From: a virus
DNA: 50,468 bases
Reading direction: 5' to 3' (one strand)
IMG/VR virus record: IMGVR_UViG_3300029867_000006
Span: 1-50,468 of that record
Position numbers and translations under genes: made by a program. The notes below the pieces were generated by a model. It worked only from the letters and a program-made list of their open reading frames with translations. It was not told where the DNA came from and ran no database searches. How positions within the stretch are numbered: the first letter of the stretch is position 1; every line of letters starts with the position of its first letter. Below are positions 8,941 to 16,532 of this stretch, in pieces.

Positions 8941-9265
8941 GGGCACCCTTTATTGTCTGCGCACTCATTAAGATAGCCTTTTTGTCGAGTTCGTATTTCT
9001 CGTCAAGCTCCTTGATCTCGTTGCTAAGCGCTTCTTCCTCACGCTTTACTCTAGCGCTATATTCCGAGGTTGTTTCTAGGCGAGATATATCAACACAAAC
9101 GCCATATATTTCACCATAATTGCCGAATAGCACCGTTTTTATTGAGGTTGCGTTTGGATTGTCGGCCTTCACTTTTTGTAAAAACTCAATTACAGTATCC
9201 ACATCTTGCAGGAGTAAATCACTCTCTAGGCTAGTCACAACCTCTGATAGGGGTAAATCACTCAT
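8933..9265 (-). CDS. Hypothetical protein, paralog of 16712..17068
   Basis: 110 aa. Shares VI..LQ.....NP.ATSI ... I.R.ET..E...R...EE (about 20/56 identical) with 16712..17068. Confidence 0.55.
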   Translation of the reverse strand: MSDLPLSEVVTSLESDLLLQDVDTVIEFLQKVKADNPNATSIKTVLFGNYGEIYGVCVDISRLETTSEYSARVKREEEALSNEIKELDEKYELDKKAILMSAQTIKGAHD

Positions 9266-9647
9266 TACTTGCTCCTTTTTCCTTTAGTTCCGCGATTTCA
9301 TCATCGGCTTTACGCATACGACCCCCCAAAGCTTGAGAGAGCGCCATTGGTGAGCCGTCTATATATTTGACTTTCACTCCGTCGTAACCATCCTTAAAAC
9401 CCGCCTCAATTAGTCGCGCGACCATAGTCACATCGAAATTAGCAAATGGTTCGTCTAGTTGGTTCATGCCTTTGTTAGCGACGCCTTGCCATAGGACAGT
9501 CCGGTCCATTAGCTCAACTTTGGTTGTGCCTGGGTTTAGTGCCGCATGGTCTGCGGCCTGCTCCTCAAGCGTTTTGTTGCAATCCTCTGGCTCCATAAGC
9601 TGCACAGAGTAGAAATGCTCGCCTCTAAAAAATAAACAGTCAATCAT
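9258..9647 (-). CDS. Hypothetical protein
   Basis: 129 aa from ATG 9647 (the track ORF starts at TTG 9653). Overlaps the downstream gene by 8 nt. Confidence 0.5.
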   Translation of the reverse strand: MIDCLFFRGEHFYSVQLMEPEDCNKTLEEQAADHAALNPGTTKVELMDRTVLWQGVANKGMNQLDEPFANFDVTMVARLIEAGFKDGYDGVKVKYIDGSPMALSQALGGRMRKADDEIAELKEKGASNE

Positions 9648-9649
9648 TA

Positions 9650-9826
9650 TCAAAATCCTATGTTAATATAATGGTGGGAGTTTAAACCAAGAGCCTTGCT
9701 GCGTTTGTTGAGCGCTCTCATGTATTTCTCCCAAAACCGATATTCTGCGAAGTTGCCGCCGTATAATCCGCAACCAATGATGGTCTTATCGCAATAGGCG
9801 GTGAATGGCGTTGTTGGTTTAGTCAT
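9650..9826 (-). CDS. Hypothetical small protein
   Basis: 58 aa (MTKPTTPFTAYCDK..), below the ORF-track size cutoff. TGATG overlap with the upstream gene. Fills an otherwise empty 170-nt gap. Confidence 0.45.
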   Translation of the reverse strand: MTKPTTPFTAYCDKTIIGCGLYGGNFAEYRFWEKYMRALNKRSKALGLNSHHYINIGF

Positions 9827-10050
9827 CATTCTACTACTCCTTTAAACGGCCAACCGCGATAAGCCGCGTCTATTGGCATGTAATCATACTTCTTAACGCG
9901 CACCCGGCTACCTGTTGCCCCGCAATCGCATTTCAAGAAGGCTACCAACCTGCGCCCTCCAAACACCTCCCAGAGGCGAGGTTTGCCGCCACACTTTGAG
10001 CACGAAACAACTCCGTTTTGCCAGCCGTCTAGCGTTTCTGGTTTAGTCAT
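9826..10050 (-). CDS. Lar-family-like restriction-alleviation zinc-ribbon protein (putative)
   Basis: 74 aa with CSKCGG ... CDCGATG ... AAYRGW, the pattern of the Lar family (C.FCG ... C..CG..G ... A..AWN). Paralog at 25048..25254. Confidence 0.45.
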   Translation of the reverse strand: MTKPETLDGWQNGVVSCSKCGGKPRLWEVFGGRRLVAFLKCDCGATGSRVRVKKYDYMPIDAAYRGWPFKGVVE

Positions 10051-10514
10051 TATTTGCCCTTTCTAAGTTCCGTTTTGCCATTGAATTTCTTTGTATGCGT
10101 CGTGCTAAACCCCCGGCTTTGCATCTTCTGCTTTGGCTTGGCAAGGTGTGCGGCTTTACTCTCCGCCTTCCTCATGAGCTTCTGAGAGGGCGTTAAAGCC
10201 TCCTCCTCAAGCCGTGCCTTCTCTTTCTTTTTCGTGCTTGCAATGCGGGATTTAGAGCTGTTTTTCTTTGTCGCTTTGGTCCCGTTTGTGATAATATCAT
10301 GGCAGGCTTTATGTGAAAATCGGCAGTTATCCGGCTTATCTTCACCGCCTAACGCCAGCTCGTGAATGTGTTCCTTCTGGATAGCATTAGGGGCGCTAGG
10401 TTTAGCCCTCACATCCTCAGGAGTGAAAGGAACCCCGCACTGGAAACATGGCACTACCGTCTGATAGGTCATGATCTCCAATACATCCTTATAGGTTGTT
10501 GTCTTACGAGCCAT
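10050..10514 (-). CDS. HNH endonuclease
   Basis: 154 aa from ATG 10514. CFQCG ... EHIHELALGGEDKPDNCRFSHKACHDIITNG HNH motif. Basic C-terminal tail. Confidence 0.65.
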   Translation of the reverse strand: MARKTTTYKDVLEIMTYQTVVPCFQCGVPFTPEDVRAKPSAPNAIQKEHIHELALGGEDKPDNCRFSHKACHDIITNGTKATKKNSSKSRIASTKKKEKARLEEEALTPSQKLMRKAESKAAHLAKPKQKMQSRGFSTTHTKKFNGKTELRKGK

Positions 10515-10824
10515 TAACACTCTCTTCAATGTGCTTGTTGACAAACTCACCACACCAACCAAACCTTTCAACTTCTGGGTATCCAATCTCACTAGGCGGG
10601 TTACGCTTGCATTTGTATGGCGCAAAGAAACTGCAATTTGTACACGCCTTTCTAGCCTTTAATTTAACGCGGTTTTCTGCTATAATCTGATTTCCAGCCT
10701 CACCAAGCGCAAGCTTATCGTCTGCGGTTACGTGGCAGAAACTACAACGATCTGCGGCCTCTTCAATGTCTGAAAGCCCTCTCTCACCGCATTCACACGG
10801 AGCGCCCATTTGATCATCCATCAT
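10504..10824 (-). CDS. Hypothetical Cys-rich protein
   Basis: 106 aa from ATG 10824. Many Cys pairs (CECG, CSFCH, CTNC, CKR, WCG). The start lies in a 20-nt junction repeat. Confidence 0.5.
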   Translation of the reverse strand: MMDDQMGAPCECGERGLSDIEEAADRCSFCHVTADDKLALGEAGNQIIAENRVKLKARKACTNCSFFAPYKCKRNPPSEIGYPEVERFGWCGEFVNKHIEESVNGS

Positions 10825-10951
10825 TAACACTCTCTTCAATGCAAGCAACTGGTTGGGCGTCGGGCTCTTTAAATTCCTCTAAGGTTTTTACAAACAGCGC
10901 GGCAATGCCTATGCCTACAAATATCCAAGTAATTGGTCCTGAGTTGCTCAT
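10814..10951 (-). CDS. Hypothetical small membrane protein
   Basis: 45 aa, strong GAGGAGGGG RBS, TM ITWIFVGIGIAALFV. Ends with IEESVNDG inside the junction repeat. Confidence 0.4.
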   Translation of the reverse strand: MSNSGPITWIFVGIGIAALFVKTLEEFKEPDAQPVACIEESVNDG

Positions 10952-10953
10952 AC

Positions 10954-11259
10954 TCACCCCTCCTCTGGGTTAAATGGGATGCGGTAGTGGGTGTACGCTG
11001 TTACGTTATCAACGGGGCAGAATTGAGCCCCGTCCGAACAGGCGTGCCAATGATCATCAACCACGGAAATCGTTTCCCATAAACTACCATTCCACGCCTC
11101 AACGTCAGTCCCATCCCTAGGAGCATCCTTAAAGGGTTTACACTCAGCTTGACGGTAGGCGAGGATAGCTTCGTAAAGATTACCAGGCTCTTCGTTCTTC
11201 GAAGCTTCTTCGTAAGCCTCTTCAGCCACATTAAACGCATCTAAATCTAAATCACTCAT
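10954..11259 (-). CDS. Hypothetical acidic protein
   Basis: 101 aa, ATGA overlap with the upstream gene. Confidence 0.55.
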   Translation of the reverse strand: MSDLDLDAFNVAEEAYEEASKNEEPGNLYEAILAYRQAECKPFKDAPRDGTDVEAWNGSLWETISVVDDHWHACSDGAQFCPVDNVTAYTHYRIPFNPEEG

Positions 11260-11609
11260 TCCCCACCCCCTGTCTGCTTACGATACAGATCAAGCAACGC
11301 CCGAGCATCACTCACTTCGTCGGCGTTCAATTTACGCTCAGCGACCAGCTTGCGCATGATCTTTGGGTCAAAGCCCGTATTCTCAGCCTCTTTATAAATC
11401 TCTTTGATGTGTTCCGTTCTCTCTTGCTTCTCAACCTCAATATTCTCAATGCGGTTAATGTAGCGAGTTAGCTGCTCGTGTTGTAGTGGGGACGATTCTT
11501 CTGGTGCTGGCGTGTGTTCAATCACTTCACCATGCTCATCGAAAGTCGTTACTTCGCCGCTGGACGTTGCTTTAATGCTGTTCCAGCCGTTATTTTCTGT
11601 ATCTGTCAT
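11256..11609 (-). CDS. GapR-like / DUF2312 DNA-binding protein
   Basis: 117 aa from ATG 11609. QLTRYINRIENIEVEKQERTEHIKEIYKEAENTGFDPKIMRKLVAERKLN....ALLDLY matches the DUF2312 (Caulobacter GapR) pattern from memory. Confidence 0.75.
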   Translation of the reverse strand: MTDTENNGWNSIKATSSGEVTTFDEHGEVIEHTPAPEESSPLQHEQLTRYINRIENIEVEKQERTEHIKEIYKEAENTGFDPKIMRKLVAERKLNADEVSDARALLDLYRKQTGGGE

Positions 11610-11628
11610 GTTGATTCCTTTGGTTTGT

Positions 11629-12063
11629 TTATCCGTGGCTCTCATTGAGCCCTTCAAATGGGTGTGAGTCGTCAAAGTGGTCGTCACAAGTATATTCGAC
11701 ATAGCCGCCGTGACGGTGTGAATATTCAATCTGCTCGCTTTCGTCAAATAGATCAAAGTCGGTGTTTACGTCGCGCCCATTATTGCAATTGGTAACTACT
11801 CCATGAGTAGCCTTGTCGCCACACTCAAAGCAAAACTTACCCGGTATAATCCCTTTCCTGATTTTTGACTTTGCGTAATGACCCACTTTCATTTGCGCCG
11901 AAGATCTACCGCTGGCCCGGTAATCTGGACCTGAGATTTTCGTAACCTCTGTCTGCTTTTTAGCTTTGCATGATTTAGAACAAAACAGACCCCATCCACG
12001 CGCATCATCCGCCACGCGAACGAGCATTGCTGTATCACAGGTCTGACATTTTTTTGTAATCAT
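11629..12063 (-). CDS. Hypothetical zinc-finger protein
   Basis: CQTC ... CSKSC ... CFEC motifs. The start is uncertain (ATG 12063, or GTG 12072 with a better-spaced AGGAG) and must lie downstream of the promoter at 12103-12130. Confidence 0.5.
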   Translation of the reverse strand: MITKKCQTCDTAMLVRVADDARGWGLFCSKSCKAKKQTEVTKISGPDYRASGRSSAQMKVGHYAKSKIRKGIIPGKFCFECGDKATHGVVTNCNNGRDVNTDFDLFDESEQIEYSHRHGGYVEYTCDDHFDDSHPFEGLNESHG

Positions 12064-12102
12064 CGACGCCACGGGATTCTCCTTTGGTTTGTTTGCATGG
12101 TC

Positions 12103-12130
12103 ATTATACGACGTAAACAACACACTGCAA
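12103..12130 (-). promoter_or_regulatory. Sigma70-type promoter
   Basis: Minus strand TTGCAG (rc of 12125-12130), 16-nt spacer, TATAAT (rc of 12103-12108). CA-rich leader GCAAACAAACCAAAGGAG. Confidence 0.55.
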
Positions 12131-12191
12131 GTTAAATGTTGGCAATTCGGTCAACTATGGTGTAATATACCTAAGTCATTGAAATTGCTAA

Positions 12192-12644
12192 TTAAAATGG
12201 AATGGAGTCTGGGTCATCAGCATAGCCCGAATTATCATTCTGCTGTTGAGATTGACCGCCTTTATTAGCCCCATAATCCCCTTGCCCAGCACCTTCACTA
12301 GAGCGGCTATCCAACATAGTAAGAGTAGAGTTAAACCCCTGCAATACAATCTCAGTTGAATAGCGGTCATTGCCTGATTGGTCCTGCCACTTGCGAACCG
12401 TCAGCTTGCCAGATACGTAGATCTTAGAGCCCTTCTTCAAGTACTTCTCAGCAACCTTGCAAAGCCCTTCACTGTAGATCACGATAGGAACCCATGTTGT
12501 GCTTTCTTTTTGTTCCCCAGAATTTTTGTCGCGCCATTTCTCAGAAACAGCCAGCCGCAAGTTAACCACAGGCTTTCCATTCTGCATTGTCCGAGATTCA
12601 GGGTCAGCCCCTAAGTGTCCAATAAAATCACATCGATTAAGCAT
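12192..12644 (-). CDS. ssb: Single-stranded DNA-binding protein
   Basis: 150 aa. OB-fold N-terminus (NRCDFIGHLGADPE..NLRLAV..W.D..G......W..V), Gly/Gln-rich linker, acidic tip DDPDSIPF. Confidence 0.9.
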   Translation of the reverse strand: MLNRCDFIGHLGADPESRTMQNGKPVVNLRLAVSEKWRDKNSGEQKESTTWVPIVIYSEGLCKVAEKYLKKGSKIYVSGKLTVRKWQDQSGNDRYSTEIVLQGFNSTLTMLDSRSSEGAGQGDYGANKGGQSQQQNDNSGYADDPDSIPF

Positions 12645-12903
12645 TATTCAATTCCTCATATTTGTTTTTAAAAATATCGTCACGTTCAGTAGAAAACTCT
12701 GCTCGTGTTGGGTCCCAAATCAGCCACCACTCAAAACCTACCGTGAGGAGGGTCCTATCACCACGGTACAAAGTAACCCAGTCGCCAGTGTATGATGATC
12801 TGGTGGAGTTATCTCGATCATAAGCCCATGAGCCAATATGACCATCAACACCCCCGTCCCATTGTATCGCCTCAACCTCTACAGGCTTTGTTTGATACTT
12901 CAT
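12637..12903 (-). CDS. Hypothetical protein, tandem paralog of 12903..13160
   Basis: 88 aa. Begins MKYQTKPVEVEAIQWDG, versus MKYQTKPVAVEAMQWNG in its neighbour. Confidence 0.6.
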   Translation of the reverse strand: MKYQTKPVEVEAIQWDGGVDGHIGSWAYDRDNSTRSSYTGDWVTLYRGDRTLLTVGFEWWLIWDPTRAEFSTERDDIFKNKYEELNNA

Positions 12904-13160
12904 TATTCACATTCCTTATATTTGTTTTTGAACCCTTGGTCACCACATGCGTCAAAGGACTTTCCGTTAAAAATCAACCAATCAGTAGGCGCTAAAGTAA
13001 GCATCTCCTCACCTGCATCAGGCCAAACCCAAAAAATACTGTCACCAAGGCTAAGGCGAGTGTTTGGCTTTCTACTCAATGCCCATGACGATATATCCCC
13101 ATGCGACGGTCCATTCCACTGCATCGCTTCTACAGCTACAGGCTTTGTTTGATACTTCAT
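12903..13160 (-). CDS. Hypothetical protein, tandem paralog of 12637..12903
   Basis: 85 aa, TAATG overlap. Both paralogs end with FKNKY(K/E)E. Confidence 0.6.
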   Translation of the reverse strand: MKYQTKPVAVEAMQWNGPSHGDISSWALSRKPNTRLSLGDSIFWVWPDAGEEMLTLAPTDWLIFNGKSFDACGDQGFKNKYKECE

Positions 13161-13396
13161 TGGTTATCCTTTCCTTTGTAGGTCCATCCAAACATTAAAT
13201 GAGCTGGATATGTGTAAGTCAAAACATCACCCTTAAATACATGGAATTGACTGTAATGACCCATCGGACCAAAGCCGTCGGCGCTAAGTACAATCCGAGT
13301 AACATCCCCAGACCCGACTAAGTAAAAATCGCCGAGTTCAGATAGATTAAAAGACAAAATCTCTGCTAATACTCGTTTTTCATCAAATACGTCCAT
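13157..13396 (-). CDS. Hypothetical protein, paralog of 27570..27800 (+ strand)
   Basis: 79 aa. Shared VT.I.L..DG.GPMG.Y...H.F ... PAH...GW. Confidence 0.55.
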   Translation of the reverse strand: MDVFDEKRVLAEILSFNLSELGDFYLVGSGDVTRIVLSADGFGPMGHYSQFHVFKGDVLTYTYPAHLMFGWTYKGKDNQ

Positions 13397-13399
13397 TGT

Positions 13400-13468
13400 T
13401 TATTTTCCTTTCAATATACTTCTAATAGGCTCCCACACTTCAGCGGTTGCCAGTTCATCTTCTAACCA
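13400..13468 (-). repeat. Conserved C-terminal peptide module, copy 1 (WLEDELATAEVWEPIRSILKGK*), in the -1 frame relative to gene 13462..13749
   Basis: 71 percent nt identity to 13753-13818, with a synonymous-biased substitution pattern. No in-frame start codon. Confidence 0.7.
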
Positions 13469-13749
13469 AGAGCTACGTATTGTTCGCTAAATTCTTCTTT
13501 GTCTAAAAAATCTATCCGTCCACCAATTCTAGCAACGAGGAAAAAGCCGGGTAAGGCGGTCATTGTAGTCCCGTGTTTAGGAGTGAACCGTAAATCATCA
13601 TCATAGAAATGGTATAGGTCGTCTTTCCTTTTTACGGTATCCAGCCAATGTGTAAATTTAAACCGCTCAAAACTCCCTAGTTTTTTATGACCTTTAAACT
13701 CAATGTATTTAAAAGGTAGTCGATCACCCTTCTTAAAACACTCATCCAT
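13462..13749 (-). CDS. Hypothetical protein
   Basis: 95 aa, GGGATAGAAT-type RBS. The TAG stop overlaps the conserved module copy 1. Confidence 0.55.
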   Translation of the reverse strand: MDECFKKGDRLPFKYIEFKGHKKLGSFERFKFTHWLDTVKRKDDLYHFYDDDLRFTPKHGTTMTALPGFFLVARIGGRIDFLDKEEFSEQYVALG

Positions 13750-13752
13750 ATT

Positions 13753-13818
13753 CTATCCCTTCAATATTTCCCGTATTGGTTTCCAAACCTCAGAGCTGTT
13801 TAATTCATCTTCTAACCA
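13753..13818 (-). repeat. Conserved C-terminal peptide module, copy 2 (WLEDELNSSEVWKPIREILKG*), in frame behind the TAA of gene 13849..14211
   Basis: The frame stays open for 31 codons after TAA 13849-13851 and ends at TAG 13753-13755. Confidence 0.7.
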
Positions 13819-13848
13819 AGGGGCTAGAACCTCTCTTACATGGTCTGC

Positions 13849-14211
13849 TTATTTATTAAACACAGGGCTTTTACTAAGAACGGCCCTTAATTTCTTCATT
13901 TCAGGCTCTGGATAGGCCCACATATCGGATAAATAACCAATTCCTATTGCCTCACCTGTTCTGACGTAGTGCGCAAAAGCCTCTACAAGAGATTTCAAAG
14001 TGCCGCCATTAGAAAAACCATCCCAACGGCCACCTACAATTATTGGCATGGTCTTCTCAGTGTAATTATCTACCCATTTTAAGTGGCCCGCACCATCTGC
14101 CTTCATGCAAGCAACCTTATTGGTTTTAGGTGTATAGAAAAACCTACGGCCATATGAGGCAATTTGAACAACGGCCTTGTTTACATCCTCTATCCTTTGA
14201 GCTTTGCCCAT
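13849..14211 (-). CDS. Hypothetical protein (possible readthrough extension to 13753)
   Basis: 120 aa, AAAGGATAGAAG RBS. Confidence 0.6.
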   Translation of the reverse strand: MGKAQRIEDVNKAVVQIASYGRRFFYTPKTNKVACMKADGAGHLKWVDNYTEKTMPIIVGGRWDGFSNGGTLKSLVEAFAHYVRTGEAIGIGYLSDMWAYPEPEMKKLRAVLSKSPVFNK

Positions 14212-14226
14212 CTTCTATCCTTTCAA

Positions 14227-14577
14227 TTATCGCCCACCGGGGTTTGTTTGTGCCCGAACACTACTTTCCTGAGTACGTCTAGCATCTGCCAAGGCTCTCA
14301 AGTTATTATAGCGCGTGCTGGCCTTGATTGCATTCTCTTTAGCTACCCGTACCCCGTCAATATGAGTGATATATCGGGTGTCAGCCGGGGCTAGATCAAA
14401 GGCGGCGGTCTTGGATTTGCCCGCCTTAATCAACTCCTCAGCAATAGTTGCCAAAATAACCTTTTTCATATTCTCCATTTGATCGGAGAGGGCTTGAGCT
14501 TCTGCCCATGTATCCCCCGCCTCACATAGTTGCGTGAATATCTCGTTAGGGTTGTAGGTGTAATCATGCTGGGTCAT
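14227..14577 (-). CDS. Hypothetical protein
   Basis: 116 aa from ATG 14577 (MTQHDYTYNP..). Overlaps the ERF 3' end by 14 nt. Confidence 0.55.
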   Translation of the reverse strand: MTQHDYTYNPNEIFTQLCEAGDTWAEAQALSDQMENMKKVILATIAEELIKAGKSKTAAFDLAPADTRYITHIDGVRVAKENAIKASTRYNNLRALADARRTQESSVRAQTNPGGR

Positions 14578-15232
14578 TGTCAGCACCCCCGTCAAGTTTC
14601 ACCATCTGATCACCGTAGGCTTTCAATAGGCTACCGGGCGCTTTATCGCTGTATTTGCCGATCTCTTCAACACGAGTGTGTGTCTCTGGATTAGTCCACC
14701 ATGCCTCTAGTTTGTCGCCAGACGTAAACTCAGAGATTTGCTTACCAATGGCTTGCGCGTCCCGCTGGGCGTTCTGCTCAGGCGTTGGCTTTTGTTGTTT
14801 AGCCGGGGCTGTGTTGGTTTGAGGGCTCTTTGCAGCCGCTGCCCCATCATCATCATCGTCAGGAGCTACACCAACCGCAGCCGACAAAGCCGCCCGACGC
14901 GCATAGGTTGACGCTGCCACTAACCCTTGAGCGTCTTGTTTACCAATAGGAACGCTAAACTCTGCTTTGATCCACTGGCCATTACACGCTAGCCGGGTGA
15001 TAATGTGAAGGCGTCCGTCCTCTGTATGCAATGGCCACTGGGTAACGCTCACACCATTCTTAGATAACGCTTCACGACAAGCAGACCATACAGACGCTAA
15101 ATCTGCGTACTTGGATTTGAAGAACGGGTTGTTCTTATCCTTAACAGCCGCTTGGATCTCGCCTTGGGCCTTTGCCATAGCCGCGTCTAAGTCAGCGGTT
15201 TGTGGGCTTGTGCTGAACACTAATTGCTCCAT
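14564..15232 (-). CDS. ERF-family single-strand annealing recombinase
   Basis: 222 aa from ATG 15232. LDAAMAKAQGEIQAAVKDKNNPFFKSKYADLASVW..C...L..NG motif typical of the ERF superfamily. Located near ssb. Confidence 0.8.
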   Translation of the reverse strand: MEQLVFSTSPQTADLDAAMAKAQGEIQAAVKDKNNPFFKSKYADLASVWSACREALSKNGVSVTQWPLHTEDGRLHIITRLACNGQWIKAEFSVPIGKQDAQGLVAASTYARRAALSAAVGVAPDDDDDGAAAAKSPQTNTAPAKQQKPTPEQNAQRDAQAIGKQISEFTSGDKLEAWWTNPETHTRVEEIGKYSDKAPGSLLKAYGDQMVKLDGGADNDPA

Positions 15233-15822
15233 GACGTTCCCTTGATGGCCCGCTGGATTGTCATGGTCGCTACGTTGTATTTCTTGGCTATGGTCGCCAT
15301 GGGGGTCTGACATTTTTCATATTCCTTTTTGATGTTTAAAACGTCTTGCTTTGTAAGTTTGCTCATTGGGTTTTCTTCACCAAAGCGAGATTTAGGGAAT
15401 CTGGCCCGCCCTTTGGCTATCATGTCGGCTACGTTATCAGCCTGAGTTCCAAGAAATAGGTGGTCTGGGTTAACGCAATTTCGCACATCGCACTTGTGGA
15501 GCACTTTCATTCCATCAGGGATTGGGCCGTTACTGAACTGCCATGATACACGATGGGCAAATGTTGACCCATATTTTTTGGAAGTTCGCCCATAGCCAGA
15601 AGCGTCCCGGCTACCACACCAATACCAGCATTCCGACACACCAAACGCTATCCTTCGTACGAATCTATCAAATGGCGTTCTTTTGTCCGAAGCATTTGTT
15701 AAAAAGCTCTGCGTCGAAGAAACATAATCAGCTATAGCCCGCCCCTCAATCTCAGGACAACCAGAGGCTTGAGCCTTAGCTAATGCTGTGGCGAGCTTGT
15801 CAATCTCTGGTGACATTTCCAT
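15220..15822 (-). CDS. Free-standing HNH (HNH_3-type) homing endonuclease with C-terminal HTH
   Basis: 200 aa from ATG 15822. CWYW.G.....GYG ... AHRVSW....G.IP.G..V.H.CD...CVNP.HL..GT...N. Its N-terminal 25 aa mimic the ERF N-terminus. Confidence 0.8.
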   Translation of the reverse strand: MEMSPEIDKLATALAKAQASGCPEIEGRAIADYVSSTQSFLTNASDKRTPFDRFVRRIAFGVSECWYWCGSRDASGYGRTSKKYGSTFAHRVSWQFSNGPIPDGMKVLHKCDVRNCVNPDHLFLGTQADNVADMIAKGRARFPKSRFGEENPMSKLTKQDVLNIKKEYEKCQTPMATIAKKYNVATMTIQRAIKGTSWSN

Positions 15823-16532
15823 TAGAATGATTCCTTTGTTGTATCCACGCGAACCCCCGGAAGGGCACACCTCTTGTTACGGACATGAATTTCTACGTAA
15901 TTATCCATTGTGGCGCGGAGGAAGTCTTTGTCGTGTATTGCCATCCAATTCAGAAGCGCCTTGTACTCAGTTATAACACCAATCCGCTTGGTCCGCAGCC
16001 CCTTTACCGTCGGTTTCGCAACTTTCTTGGCAAACTTCTCCGCCTCAATAGCCTCATCTGCAAGCTCGGTAGTGTTCCGTGCATCCTCAATAGACCCCGA
16101 ACGCTGCTCAGTTGCCGCCTGAATAGCTTCAGCCTTAGCTTTGGCCGCTGCTTCATTGGCAATGCGTGTCGCCTCCTGTTGGGCCTCTAAGAGCTTCTGC
16201 TTGTATGGGTCAATGAGGTCGAGTAGGCATTTAATCTGCTTATCAATGTCGGCTGTGACTGGATTATACAGCCCTTTAATGGTATTATTGGCCTTGTCAT
16301 AGGCCGTTTTGATTGGGCGGTATTCAGTTTCTTTAGCCGCTGTAACCTCTTTCTTTGCATCCTTGAGCAGCCCCAAGAACTCCTCAGCTTTAACCCATCC
16401 CTCATCATTCTCAATAGGCTCACCAGTTGCCAGTGCCTTTACTGCGTCAAACACATCGTCATAGGTTGCAAGCACTTCCTCAAGGGGTGAGGGGGGGTGA
16501 TTATGCCCTGCCTGTGGGGTTTCGTCGGTCAA
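15822..16532 (-). CDS. Hypothetical coiled-coil protein
   Basis: 236 aa. TTG start in a TTGA overlap with the upstream ORF, AGGAG RBS. Ala/Glu/Lys-rich central coiled coil. Confidence 0.6.
   Translation of the reverse strand: MTDETPQAGHNHPPSPLEEVLATYDDVFDAVKALATGEPIENDEGWVKAEEFLGLLKDAKKEVTAAKETEYRPIKTAYDKANNTIKGLYNPVTADIDKQIKCLLDLIDPYKQKLLEAQQEATRIANEAAAKAKAEAIQAATEQRSGSIEDARNTTELADEAIEAEKFAKKVAKPTVKGLRTKRIGVITEYKALLNWMAIHDKDFLRATMDNYVEIHVRNKRCALPGVRVDTTKESF

Noticed and set aside
13504-13511. A classical -1 slippery heptamer T TTT TTA in the zero frame of gene 13462..13749 (minus strand), upstream of the out-of-frame conserved peptide module
   Set aside because: After a -1 slip here, the new frame hits TAG after 6 codons, before reaching the conserved module. 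This site cannot connect the gene to the module.
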